Below, piece after piece: positions 54,650-64,000 of a stretch of 64,000 nt of DNA (positions within the stretch are counted from its first letter, which is position 1; the number at the start of each line of letters is the position of its first letter). The stretch is from an uncultured Alphaproteobacteria bacterium (GTDB lineage: Bacteria > Pseudomonadota > Alphaproteobacteria > Rhizobiales > Rhizobiaceae). The position numbers were made by a program, and so were the translations under genes. The DNA lies in assembly GCA_963712205.1 (NCBI GenBank), contig CAVQHF010000018.1, positions 22,173 to 86,172 on the forward strand. Reading direction: 5' to 3'. The notes beneath the pieces are model-generated. The model worked only from the letters and a program-made list of their open reading frames with translations, had not been told where the DNA came from and ran no database searches.

Positions 54650-54741
54650 GAAAAAATGTCCGCGAGCAATGTCGGTGATTCAGCGGCGTGTAAATCCGAA
54701 GCACGCGCGCCTGTCAACAAAGCGCCGGACGATGGTCCGGA

Positions 54742-55525
54742 TCACATGGTGCGCGGTTCGCCCCGGGCGATGCGTTCGATCTCGCCGCGCACCAGACGCT
54801 CGACGAGAGACGGCAGGTTGTTGTCGAGCCATTCCTGCAGCATCGGACGCAGCATCTCCTCGGCGACCATGTCGAGATCGCGCCCGTGTTTCTCCATCAG
54901 CAGGTCCGACAGGCTGGAGAAGGAGTCCGACACGCTCTGCGATACCGCATCCGAAACAAGGGCATTCGCTTCGCGGGATGGCGATCCAGCCGGCGTTTCA
55001 GCCACCTTGCCGCGCAGCAGGCTGCCGACCTGGCGAAACGCGCCATTGTCGGCCTCGGTGAACCGGGCGTCGTATTTCGCCTGCCGTTCTGCGCTCAGCA
55101 CATCGCGGTCGACCGGATTGAACTCGGCCCGCAGTGCCGCCTCGACCTCCGAGATATCCGGCTCGGGGAAACCTTCCAGCGTGACGTCGGCCTCGGCTGT
55201 CGGCTCGCTTTTCGACCGCGGCGGCTTTCACGTGTTCCTTTTCCAGATAGGCATTGACGGCGCTCGCGATCTCCGTGTCGGCGCCCTGCCCGCGTTTCGT
55301 CAGCGGTGTCTGCGGCAGCGCACCCTGCGGCACGCGCGTTCGATCGGCACCCTCGTCATTGGCCGCCGGTGGCGGCACCGTGACGGATATCTCCGGATCT
55401 TCGGTCTTGTTCGGTTTCGCTTCGGGCAGTTTCGACTGGCTTTCGCCGACATCGATGATCCGGCGGATCGACGCCAGGATCTCGTCCATGGAGGGTTGTT
55501 CGCGAAGAGCGTTGCTTTGTGCCAT
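54742..55525 (-). CDS. popZ: Polar organizing protein PopZ (frameshifted in the middle linker)
   Basis: N-terminal EQPSMDEILASIRRII and C-terminal LRPMLQEWLDNNLPSLVERLVRGEIERIARG; tolC-popZ-valS synteny. Confidence 0.92.
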
Positions 55526-55661
55526 GGGGGTCTACCATCACCATCGGACAGCCGGTTCATCCGGCGAATCATTGCAAAAACGTTAGCTGATGATCAGGCC
55601 GATGAGAATCCCGCCGCTTCATCGCAACGAAGCGGCCCACAACATTAAGCTGTTGCTATGG

Positions 55662-57023
55662 TTAACGGCCGTCCGGCGTGCGCAGTCCGAACCACTTGTC
55701 CTCGACCGCCTCGTAGTGCTCCTTGGGGTCGTGCATGGCGACACGAAGCCCGAGTTTCTGGGCGGTCAGCCGGCCAATGGCCGAGCGAAGCGCGTAGCTG
55801 GAGACGACGACATCGCGTTCCGACTGGGCCAGAGCGATCTGCGCCGACAGCACATCCGCCTGCGCGTTGAGCACATCGAGCGTGGTACGCTGGCCGACAT
55901 CGCGCTCCTGCACCACGCCATCAAGCGCAAGGCGCGAGGCGCGCAGCGTTTCGCGATTCGCGGAAACTGCGGCGCGCGACGCCTGCAGCTGGGTCCAGGC
56001 GGAGGTTACCGCCGCACGAACCTGATCCCGGGCGACATCGATATCGATACGCGCCTGGCCGAGCTGTTCCTTTTTCTGGCGCACAGTGGCACTCGCCGCA
56101 CCGCCCTGGTAGATCGGCACCGTAACTGACGCGCCGATCGTGGCGCTGTTTGCGGTAGCCGAACTTCCGGTCGAGGTGGACAGGCTCGTGTAGCTGCGCG
56201 AGACGGTGGCAGACAGCCCGACCTGCGGCAGGAACGCGCCTTCGGCGGCCTTCACGCCAAACAGGCCGGAATCGACCAGATGGTTGCGGAGCCGGATGGC
56301 CGGATGTTCCTTGAATGCGATCGCTTCCGCGGACGCCAGCGACTTCGGCATTCCCTTGGTCAGCGCGGACGCCGGTTCGAGCTTGCCGGGCATGGAGCCG
56401 GTCAACTGCCGGTAGACAGCCTCGCTCGAGAGCGCTGCCGCACGGGCCGCCTCCAGCTGCGCCTGGGCGGCGGCGCGGCTCGCGCGCGCCTGTTCCACAT
56501 CCGTCCGGGTTCCCTCACCAACGTCGAAACGCGCCTGCGCGGCGCGCACCTGTTCATCGAGGAAAGCGAGGTTGCGCTGCCTGAACTCGGCGATCCGGCG
56601 GTTTTGCAGGACGTCCATATAGGCCTGCGCCGTGTCGTACAGCACATTCTGCTCGGTGTTGCGGAGGTTCTCCCGTTCCGCAAGCACGCCCGAACGGGCG
56701 GCGCGGACACCATTGCGCGTCTGGAAACCGTCGAAGAGCGACTGGTTGATGGATATCCCGAAATTCGCTCCGGTCACACTGGTCCCGGCCGGATCGCTCC
56801 ACGTATTGGTGATCCCCGCCGTTCCGGTAACCCGCGGACGATAGCCCGATTTGGCGATGGCCACGCCCTCGTCCGTCGCGCGGAGGCCGGCCCGGGCCGA
56901 GTTCAGTCCGGAGTTGTTTTCATACGCTTTGGCAAGCGCACCGAATATGTTTTCGGCGGACGCAACCTGCGGCATGAAGGCGGTAGTGGCAACCAGCGCC
57001 GCTACGATAATGGTTTTGCGCAT
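55662..57023 (-). CDS. tolC: TolC-family outer-membrane efflux protein
   Basis: Signal peptide, QSLFDGF, RFDVGEGTRTDV, VPIYQGG, VGQRTTLDVLNAQ. Confidence 0.95.
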   Translation of the reverse strand: MRKTIIVAALVATTAFMPQVASAENIFGALAKAYENNSGLNSARAGLRATDEGVAIAKSGYRPRVTGTAGITNTWSDPAGTSVTGANFGISINQSLFDGFQTRNGVRAARSGVLAERENLRNTEQNVLYDTAQAYMDVLQNRRIAEFRQRNLAFLDEQVRAAQARFDVGEGTRTDVEQARASRAAAQAQLEAARAAALSSEAVYRQLTGSMPGKLEPASALTKGMPKSLASAEAIAFKEHPAIRLRNHLVDSGLFGVKAAEGAFLPQVGLSATVSRSYTSLSTSTGSSATANSATIGASVTVPIYQGGAASATVRQKKEQLGQARIDIDVARDQVRAAVTSAWTQLQASRAAVSANRETLRASRLALDGVVQERDVGQRTTLDVLNAQADVLSAQIALAQSERDVVVSSYALRSAIGRLTAQKLGLRVAMHDPKEHYEAVEDKWFGLRTPDGR

Positions 57024-57119
57024 CCGTGGCCCCTGAACAACAACTCAAGACATTGACTTGCAGGTTTTTATTTATCCCATCGTTAACGGGCAATACCCGC
57101 ATGGGAAGTTATTGCCAGG

Positions 57120-57137
57120 TGTTGCCGTATGGCAACC
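57120..57137. promoter_or_regulatory. Candidate TGTTGC-N6-GCAAC operator upstream of tolC
   Basis: TGTTGC-CGTATG-GCAACC, preceded by another TTGCC 10 bp earlier. Confidence 0.5.
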
Positions 57138-57148
57138 ATTTTCGGGAA

Positions 57149-57820
57149 TTAGAGCGAGAATTCCGGTTCGCGCTGGAAGCCCGGCAAAGGTTTGACGCTC
57201 AGATTGAACGCCTTGCGTCCGGAAACGAAGTCCCCGTCCTTGACATGGAGTTTGGCAAAACCGCTCGGCCCGTGCCCTTCGACCGCGACAAGACGCCCGC
57301 CGTCCTTCAGCTGGTCGAACAAGGCGCCCGGTATCTCATCAACCGCGCCGCCGACAAAGATGACGTCGTAGGGACCTTCGCTGGCAAAACCGTCCGTGAA
57401 GGAACCCGTGACGACAGCGACATTGTCGAACCCGTTGTCGACCAGGATGTCGGTGGCGCGCGCCGCGAGATCCTCGTCGGCTTCGAGCGCGATCACCGCG
57501 CTGCCAAGTTTCGAAAGGACTGCCGACGAGTATCCGGTGCCGCAACCGATATCGAGAACGAGGTCGGACGGCTTGACGTCGGCAAGCTGCACAAGCTGCG
57601 CGAACGGCGACGGTTCCATCATGTAGCGATGTTCGCCGGCAGCGGCGCCTGTGATCTCGATGTCGTCGTCGATATAGGCAAACGGCTTGAGGCGATCGGC
57701 AACGAATGCCTCACGCGGTACGGAAAGCAGTGCATCGAGGATGCGCAGGTTGGTAACGTCGGTTGTGCGGACCTGGCTGTCGACCATTGCGCGGCGCAGT
57801 TCGTCGAAATTATGCCCCAT
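57149..57820 (-). CDS. Second protein-L-isoaspartate O-methyltransferase family protein
   Basis: RRAMVDSQVRT, VPREAFV, VLDIGCGTGYS, GPYDVI. Confidence 0.9.
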   Translation of the reverse strand: MGHNFDELRRAMVDSQVRTTDVTNLRILDALLSVPREAFVADRLKPFAYIDDDIEITGAAAGEHRYMMEPSPFAQLVQLADVKPSDLVLDIGCGTGYSSAVLSKLGSAVIALEADEDLAARATDILVDNGFDNVAVVTGSFTDGFASEGPYDVIFVGGAVDEIPGALFDQLKDGGRLVAVEGHGPSGFAKLHVKDGDFVSGRKAFNLSVKPLPGFQREPEFSL

Positions 57821-57880
57821 GGCTCGGATCCCGCTTCCGTTGTTCATGCTCTCATGCCGCGACAACGTACCATGGAATGG

Positions 57881-57954
57881 TGGAGGCCTCGCCCGGAATC
57901 GAACCGGGGTGCAAGGATTTGCAGTCCTCTGCGTAACCACTCCGCCACGAGGCC
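57881..57954 (-). tRNA. tRNA-Cys(GCA)
   Basis: GGCCTCGTGGCGGAGTGGTTACGCAGAGGACTGCAAATCCT...GGTTCGATTCC...GAGGCCTCCA. Confidence 0.97.
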
Positions 57955-58155
57955 ATTCCTGGGTCGTTGTGTATGGCGCGTCCTGTTAACAGAGGGTTTT
58001 AAAACCGGCAAGCACCATCGCCTCGCGAACCGTTTTTTCTTGTTCATGTAAGATTTCAGGGGTGCCGCTAGGGAATACATCTCTGGACTTTGGCGGCCGG
58101 ACCGCGAGACGGTTGCACGGCCCCGCGTAAAATCGCTCCGCCGGCAACGCCGGTT

Positions 58156-58458
58156 TCAGACACTCTTCCCCGTTCGCCTGCCGCGCTTGTCGCCGCGCCG
58201 GCTCCAGCGCACGATCAGCTTGCGCCGCCAGCGTCGCACGCGCGGGACGTCATTTGCCAGGATGAGAAGTCCGAGCGGCAGCATCCAGAACCCGACGACC
58301 GGAAGAAACCCGACGGCCCCGCCGACGACCAGCGCCGATCCGAGCGCGATACGCCCGGCGCGCGAGGCAGGCACCGGCATGGTGCGGTTCAGCACCTTGA
58401 TCGTGTTCTTCGTCGGATAGCGCGATGCGCCGTCCTTGCCCTGCGTCTCGTCAGCCAT
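58156..58458 (-). CDS. Small membrane protein of unknown function
   Basis: Helical hairpin ..GFLPVVGFWMLPLGLLILA.. followed by a basic RVRRWRRK. Confidence 0.75.
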   Translation of the reverse strand: MADETQGKDGASRYPTKNTIKVLNRTMPVPASRAGRIALGSALVVGGAVGFLPVVGFWMLPLGLLILANDVPRVRRWRRKLIVRWSRRGDKRGRRTGKSV

Positions 58459-58636
58459 GACTTGCCCCGGTGATTGGCTTGCAGATAGGCGCGCGGGCGC
58501 GTCATTGCCAGCCGCCGCGAAAACGCTTTCGAAGCGCAATTGCCCGCCCCGCCAAAATAGGTCAAAAAAGTTTCATTCGCGCCTTGGCAAATCGGAGCGA
58601 CCTTTGATATAGGCTCCGCTCAGCCTGAGCGGCTAT

Positions 58637-58711
58637 TCCCCGGTAGCTCAGCGGTAGAGCAACCGGCTGTTAACCGGTTGGTCGATGGTTCGAATCCGTC
58701 CCGGGGAGCCA
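58637..58711 (+). tRNA. tRNA-Asn(GTT)
   Basis: TCCCCGGTAGCTCAGCGGTAGAGCAACCGGCTGTTAACCGG...GGTTCGAATCC...GGGGAGCCA. Confidence 0.97.
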
Positions 58712-58717
58712 GTTTCC

Positions 58718-58752
58718 GAAAAGGGTCAGCGAAATTCGCTGACCCTTTTTTG
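58718..58752. terminator. Intrinsic terminator after tRNA-Asn
   Basis: AAAAGGGTCAGCGAA-A-TTCGCTGACCCTTTTTT. Confidence 0.9.
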
Positions 58753-58799
58753 GTTTCAGGCTTCCGCGGCCGTTTCCGAGCGAGGCAGGAAGTCCGGCG

Positions 58800-59015
58800 T
58801 CAACCGTCCTTTTTCCGCTCCTCGATATGCTTGATCGAATCGTGGATGTTTTTCTTCAGGCGTTCGTAGCTTTCCTTGTCCATCGCGGTCGTGTCCTTCC
58901 AGACACCCTGGTGTTTCCGCCCGGTCGCAAGGCCTTCCTCATACGCCTTCAGCCACTCATTGATGTCACCCAGTTCTTCATAGAGGCGGGCGAGCAATTC
59001 ATCTCTGACCGTCAT
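58800..59015 (-). CDS. Hypothetical coiled-coil protein (71 aa)
   Basis: GGGAGG RBS; MTVRDELLARLYEELGDI... Confidence 0.65.
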   Translation of the reverse strand: MTVRDELLARLYEELGDINEWLKAYEEGLATGRKHQGVWKDTTAMDKESYERLKKNIHDSIKHIEERKKDG

Positions 59016-59183
59016 GCATGCCTCCCTTTTTTCGTTACGCGCACGATCATTCGCAACAGGTTTCGATATGTGTGTCAAATGGACGGAACGGCCTGTGGCC
59101 GGTTGATGGCCGGCAGGCCCTGAAGTCCCCTCGCCCCGCGGCGAAACACGCGACCGTTCGCGTTGCCCGATCGTCGCAAACGC

Positions 59184-59948
59184 CTAATGGCGCATCGGGC
59201 CGTCGACGCGCAGGGCAATGCGCGCGATGTTCATTGCCGGGAGACCGACCTCCTCGCCGGGAAAAAGCCGCTCCTCGGCCTGTCTGAACATGTCGGCGAA
59301 GCCGAGCTGGTCTGCGAACACGACGCCCGCGACGCGCACCGAGATCGCATCGGTCGATCTTGCGGGGCCGAAATAGACATCACGCACATTCGCCGAAATG
59401 CGGTCCGCGACGTCGGTGGCCTCGGCTTCACCGGCTCCGGGAAGAAACAGCCCGAACATCGTCGCACCGATCCGGCCGACGATATCGGTCGCGCGCACCG
59501 ACGACCTGATCGCCACTGCGATCAGCGTCAGCGCATCGTCGCCCGCTTCCAGGCCATGGCGTTTGTTGATGATGCGCAGGCCGTCGGCATGAACGATGAG
59601 AAATGCGCCCGACGGATTGCCCGACGGCAATGCCGCCGCGCGCCGGTCGACGGCTTGCGAAAAAGCGGCGGGCGTATGGAAATCGGTCAGCCGGTCATGT
59701 GACGCCAGATGGTCCAACTCCCGTTGTCGCTCCGAGAGCCGTGTACGCGATGTCGCGTAAGCCGCCAGCAGCGGAAGCGAAATGCAGACCGGCAGGATGA
59801 CCGCACTGACCGCATTGCGCCAAAACGGCGTAAGCGCCGGAACATACAGCAGGAGGCCGTTGACGAGGATCGAAAGCAGCAGGCTCGCGAAAACGCCCGT
59901 GACGACGAGCCTGACATTTTGCATCCGTGTAACCGCAGAATCGAACAC
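59184..59948 (-). CDS. Membrane-anchored GGDEF-domain protein with a degenerate active site
   Basis: Two TM helices, ASHDRLT, INKRHGLEAGDDAL, VGRIGATMF in place of RxGGDEF. Confidence 0.8.
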   Translation of the reverse strand: MFDSAVTRMQNVRLVVTGVFASLLLSILVNGLLLYVPALTPFWRNAVSAVILPVCISLPLLAAYATSRTRLSERQRELDHLASHDRLTDFHTPAAFSQAVDRRAAALPSGNPSGAFLIVHADGLRIINKRHGLEAGDDALTLIAVAIRSSVRATDIVGRIGATMFGLFLPGAGEAEATDVADRISANVRDVYFGPARSTDAISVRVAGVVFADQLGFADMFRQAEERLFPGEEVGLPAMNIARIALRVDGPMRH

Positions 59949-60064
59949 GCGCTAAGCTCCCTCGCCGTCTTGAATCATGTATCAGCGGCTTAGGCCCGCA
60001 GGCATGTAAAACCGGTTTCGCGATTAGCTAGAATGCGGCGCTTCCCGGCAAACCGGGCCGGCTT

Positions 60065-61288
60065 TCATGCCGCCATGTTTTCCGCATCCGGCAATTCGCC
60101 GGGATAGCCGAGCAGATAGCCCTGCCCCATTTCGACGCCCAATGACTTGAGTGTACGTTTTTCCCGCACGGTCTCGATCCCTTCCGCGATGACCATGGCG
60201 CCGGTTTCATGGGCATAGGACATGATGCCGGTGGTCAGGGCGCGCCGCCCCGGGTCGCTGTCGACATGCCGTGTCAGGTTGATGTCGAGCTTGATGATGT
60301 CCGGGCGCAGTTGAAGGATGTGGCGAAAGCTTGAGTATCCCGAGCCGGCATCGTCGACCGCGATCCGCACGCCTCCCGCGATCAGCGGAGCCAGCGTCGC
60401 GCGCAAGGCACCATAGTCGTCGACGGGCGCATGTTCGGTGAGTTCCAGCACAAGCCTTTCGAGCGGCGCGCGGGCGAGCAGATCCGCCAACCGGCCGCTC
60501 TGCACCGTCTCGGGAGACACATTCAGCGCAAGAAACAGATCCGACGGCGCCTTGTCGATGAATGCGAGCGCCTTGTCGAGAACGGCCAGTTCCAGATCGC
60601 CGCCGAGCCCGACCGCCGCGGCATCCCTGAACCAGGCGTCCGGCGGGCGATAGGGCGGCGGTTCGAAACGGCACAACGCCTCGAACCCGGCCGTCTTCAT
60701 GCAATTGAGATCCACGATCGGCTGATAGGCGATCGAGAATTCGCTGCCCCTGAGAACGCTGCGGATGCTGTTCGCCTTAAGCTCCTGCTCGCTGCGCTCT
60801 TCGATCTCGCGATTGACCTGACGCGAAACCAGTTCCGCGAACATGCGCATTGTCTCGAGATCGCGCGGATTGAGCGAATCGTGCGGCGATTGGCTCAGAC
60901 AGCAGATCATCCCGTATGGTTCGCCGTTCCGGCGCTTGATCGGAATGGCGATATGCGAGCCGATTTGCAGCGTCTCGGTGATCGCCAGCGACCGGGCAAT
61001 CGGGTTCTTCGACGTATCCGCGATGAGATCGGGAAGTTGGCCTTCGAGAATGTGCCTGCAATAGGTCTCTTCCATCGCGTGGGTATCGCCGACGTCGATG
61101 ACATGCGTCATGCCCGGCGCGTCCACGCAACGAAAAACGATCTTCCCGTCCACGAATTCGGAAAGATAGGCGGCTTCCATGCCGAGATGTTTGCGGATCG
61201 CTTCGAGAGCCTGTTGAACGATATCGGACACGGCCATTTCGGCCGACAGCCTTTCGGCGATCATCGTTTTGGACAGGGTCATAGTCAT
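60065..61288 (-). CDS. GAF-EAL c-di-GMP phosphodiesterase
   Basis: GAF domain (ETYCRHIL, GSHIAIPI), YQPIV, FEALCRF, NVSP, ELTEH, AVDDAGSGYSS, IIKLD, AEGIET, QGY. Confidence 0.92.
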   Translation of the reverse strand: MTMTLSKTMIAERLSAEMAVSDIVQQALEAIRKHLGMEAAYLSEFVDGKIVFRCVDAPGMTHVIDVGDTHAMEETYCRHILEGQLPDLIADTSKNPIARSLAITETLQIGSHIAIPIKRRNGEPYGMICCLSQSPHDSLNPRDLETMRMFAELVSRQVNREIEERSEQELKANSIRSVLRGSEFSIAYQPIVDLNCMKTAGFEALCRFEPPPYRPPDAWFRDAAAVGLGGDLELAVLDKALAFIDKAPSDLFLALNVSPETVQSGRLADLLARAPLERLVLELTEHAPVDDYGALRATLAPLIAGGVRIAVDDAGSGYSSFRHILQLRPDIIKLDINLTRHVDSDPGRRALTTGIMSYAHETGAMVIAEGIETVREKRTLKSLGVEMGQGYLLGYPGELPDAENMAA

Positions 61289-61458
61289 CCAGCCTGAGCG
61301 CGAAGTGTTTGACCGAACAGTATTTCGACTTCGGCCTGAAGAAGTCCATTCTTCGTCGGCAGGCTAGCGGCAATTCCTAAAACCAGCTTAAAGGCGCAGG
61401 GGCGAGTTGTCGCCCGTGGAAACAGTGGATTGCGTGTTGCGATATACTTGCGCCGCGG

Positions 61459-61680
61459 CTAGTGCGGCAGCCGCCCCGTCAGCGGATCCCTGCCGATGAA
61501 CGCATCGGCCCGCGTCGTCTCGATCCGGGCCTGCGCGAGGCTCAGCAGCGCGTTCGCGACCTCATCATCACCCCAGCCCGCCGCCACCGCTCGCTCGGCA
61601 AGTGCTTCGAAGTCGGCCTCGATGGAGGATTCGCAATCGAGGTCGCGGTCATCGGTCATGTCTGAGGAACGGAAGTCCAT
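61459..61680 (-). CDS. Small acidic hypothetical protein
   Basis: DRDLDCESSIEADFEALAERAVAAGWGDDEVANALLSLA. Confidence 0.6.
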   Translation of the reverse strand: MDFRSSDMTDDRDLDCESSIEADFEALAERAVAAGWGDDEVANALLSLAQARIETTRADAFIGRDPLTGRLPH

Positions 61681-61895
61681 CTGAATATCCCCGAAATTTC
61701 GGCGCCAGCGGCCGGTGCGATTGACGCGGGTAAGTTACCGGAATCGGTACGTAAATATGATTAAGAAAGCCTTACGGCATCAATGTGGCCGACGTAAAAT
61801 CACGATTGAACAAAGGATTGTGACGCGTCTTTCGCCTTTCAGCGCGCCATCGCGCGCAAGACGTCCGGATTCGTCACGCAATTGGGTCTTGCCGC

Positions 61896-61922
61896 TGATC
61901 CAACACGACGCGAACGGCGTAA
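61896..61922 (+). promoter_or_regulatory. ECF11 (RpoE/ChrR) type promoter
   Basis: TGATCC-N16-CGTAA about 30 bp upstream of the photolyase start. Confidence 0.75.
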
Positions 61923-61953
61923 CACCCTCCACGACCGAGTTTGAAATGGACCG

Positions 61954-63421
61954 ATGCAAGACCACCCGCCTGCCAACCTTCCGAAAGCCCCCGTCCTCGT
62001 CTGGTTTCGCAACGACCTGAGGGTCCGCGACAACCTCGCGCTGCTGACGGCTGCCGAAAGCGGCAATCCCGTCATCGCGCTCTTCATCCTCGAGGACGTC
62101 GACCGCAGCGTACCGCTCGGCGGCGCCCAGCGCTGGTGGCTGCACCATTCGCTCGACCGGCTTGCCGAAAGTCTCGACCGTCTTGGCGCGCGTCTCGTCC
62201 TGAAACGCGGCGACCCGCTAGCACATCCTCGAAACGATGTGCGCGGACACCGGAGCGAAAACGGTCCTGTGGAACCGCCGCCATGCACCGGCGCAGATGC
62301 AGCGCGACGCGGCGATCAAGCGGGCGCTGCGCGATAACGGCGTCACGGTCGAAAGTTTCGCCGGCCAACTCCTGCACGAACCGACGCGCATGAAGACCGG
62401 TTCGGGCGGTCCGTACCGTGTCTACACGCCGTTCTGGCGCGCCTTTTCCGAGACCCGGCATCCCCGCCCTCCTGCCGATGCGCCGAAGATGCTCATTCGG
62501 TTCGACGGTACGATCGATAGCGAGGCGCTCGACGACTGGGCACTGCTGCCGGCAAACCCGGACTGGGCCGGCGGCATCGCGGCGGAATGGACGCCCGGCG
62601 AAGCCGGCGCGCATGCCCGCCTCGACCGTTTCCTCGACGAAGCACTGCCGGGCTATGCGGAGAAGCGCGATTTTCCCGGCAATGTTCACACATCGAAACT
62701 GTCGCCGCATCTGGCCTTCGGCGAAATCACCCCGTTCCAGATCTGGCACGCAATGGAAGCGGTCCGCGAGGCCGCGTCCGCGCGTGACGTGACGACCTTC
62801 CGCAAGGAACTTGTCTGGCGCGAATTCTCGTATCACCTGCTGGTCAATTTTCCCGGCCTGCCCCGCGAAAACTACAACGCCGACTTCGACAGGTTCCCCT
62901 GGCGCGCGCCCGGCCGAAACCTCGAAATATGGCAGCGCGGAAAGACCGGCTATCCGATCGTCGACGCCGGCATGCGCGAGCTCTGGCAGACCGGCTGGAT
63001 GCACAACCGCGTGCGCATGATCGTCGGATCCTTCCTCGTCAAACACCTGCTGATCGACTGGCGTCACGGCGAGGCATGGTTTCGCGACACCCTCGTCGAC
63101 GCCGACCCGGCTTCCAACACGGCAAGCTGGCAATGGATCGCCGGATCGGGGGCCGACGCCGCGCCATATTTCCGCATCTTCAATCCGATCCTTCAGGGCG
63201 AGAAATTCGATTCCGACGGCGCCTATGTCCGCCGTTTCGTGCCCGAACTCTCGAACCTGCCGGACAAGTACCTGCACAAGCCGTGGGCAGCACCGGGTGC
63301 CATCCTCGAAGAGGCCGGGGTGAAACTCGGCGAGACTTATCCACGCCCTGTTGTCGAACACCATGGCGCGCGCGATCGCGCCATGGCCGCATACCAGCAA
63401 ATGAAAGGGAAAGCCGCGTGA
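61954..63421 (+). CDS. phrB: Deoxyribodipyrimidine photolyase (frameshift near 62225)
   Basis: VWFRNDLRVRDN, YRVYTPFW, SKLSPHLAFGEI, GKTGYPIVDAGMRELWQTGWMHNRVRM, YFRIFNP. Confidence 0.95.
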
Positions 63422-64000
63422 CCGTGAATGTCGCCCCGCCCGTCGCATCGCAGCGGGTTCATCGAAAGAGAAAAATCGCCGTCGTCGGCAGCGGCATCTC
63501 CGGCATGTCCGCCGCTTGGTCGCTCTCCATGCGTCACGACGTGACGCTCTACGAGGCTGACAACCGGCCGGGCGGCCACACCTGCACGGTCGATGTCGAT
63601 TATGACGGCACGCCGGTCGCCGTCGATGTCGGCTTCATCGTCTTCAACGAGCGCAACTACCCGAACCTGACGGCCCTCTTTCGCCATCTCGGCGTGAAAA
63701 GCGAGGAGTCCAACATGAGCTTCGCGCTGTCGCTCGACCGGGGCGGACGCGAATGGTGCGGCCAGAACCTGCTCAGCCTGTTTGCGCAGAAGAGCAATCT
63801 GTTTTCTCCGTCCTTCTGGTGGATGCTGAAAGAGATCCTGCGCTTCAACCGCCAGTGCCTCGCCGACCGGCAGGCCGGCCTGCTCGACCGCGTCACGATC
63901 GGCGATTACCTGGCGCTTCGGGGCTTTTCGGCGCGTTTCCGCGACGACTACCTGATCCCGATGGCCGCCGCGATCTGGTCGACGCCACGCGTGCGCATGC
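63418..64000 (+). CDS. NAD/FAD-binding oxidoreductase of the type found in cfa/furan fatty-acid clusters; partial
   Basis: GTG overlaps the phr stop; KIAVVGSGISG, YEADNRPGGH, VDVGFIVFNERNYPNL, YLIPMAAAIWS. Confidence 0.88.
   Translation, partial: MTVNVAPPVASQRVHRKRKIAVVGSGISGMSAAWSLSMRHDVTLYEADNRPGGHTCTVDVDYDGTPVAVDVGFIVFNERNYPNLTALFRHLGVKSEESNMSFALSLDRGGREWCGQNLLSLFAQKSNLFSPSFWWMLKEILRFNRQCLADRQAGLLDRVTIGDYLALRGFSARFRDDYLIPMAAAIWSTPRVRM

Noticed and set aside
55645-55665. TTAACCAT CtrA half-site upstream of popZ
   Set aside because: It overlaps the tolC TAA stop codon and has no correctly spaced second half-site, so it is too weak to call.
58637-61700. Integrative element or prophage at tRNA-Asn (also considered at both tRNA-Leu genes and tRNA-Cys)
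   Set aside because: No integrase, transposase or phage gene, and no duplicated tRNA 3' end was seen in the window.

Overview
High-GC alphaproteobacterial chromosome segment. The order Rhizobiales/Hyphomicrobiales is inferred from gene content and synteny (popZ, exoR, ftsN/rgsS-like SPOR gene, scpAB-tatABC-serS-surE-pcm-dipM, yajC-secDF); the ectoine genes suggest a halotolerant or marine lifestyle. It is mostly core genome: ectoine synthesis (ectB partial, ectA, ectR), a cold-shock gene, lipB, glutathione-dependent formaldehyde oxidation genes interrupted by a DUF1353 gene and a MesD-type core methionine synthase, split mnmC halves, tig, two tandem DUF1127 small-protein/cuckoo-sRNA cassettes, trmFO, two NUDIX paralogues plus a PiT phosphate transporter and a HAD hydrolase, Sec and Tat export genes, argS/serS/valS, dgt, erpA, xth, exoR, a FadL-like outer-membrane protein, popZ, tolC and four tRNAs (Leu-GAG, Leu-TAG, Cys-GCA, Asn-GTT). 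After tRNA-Asn come a small c-di-GMP islet and a sigmaE/ChrR-type promoter ahead of photolyase and a fatty-acid-modification oxidoreductase. Many conserved or essential genes are frameshifted, which points to uncorrected sequencing indels rather than pseudogenes. No integrase, transposase, prophage or CRISPR array was seen. The best leads are the MesD-like enzyme inside the formaldehyde operon without an adjacent MesX, an 18-bp palindrome shared upstream of three envelope genes, the duplicated operator-DUF1127-cuckoo unit beside a phosphate module, and an SRPBCC-like/site-2 protease fusion. All product calls come from motif recognition, not database searches.
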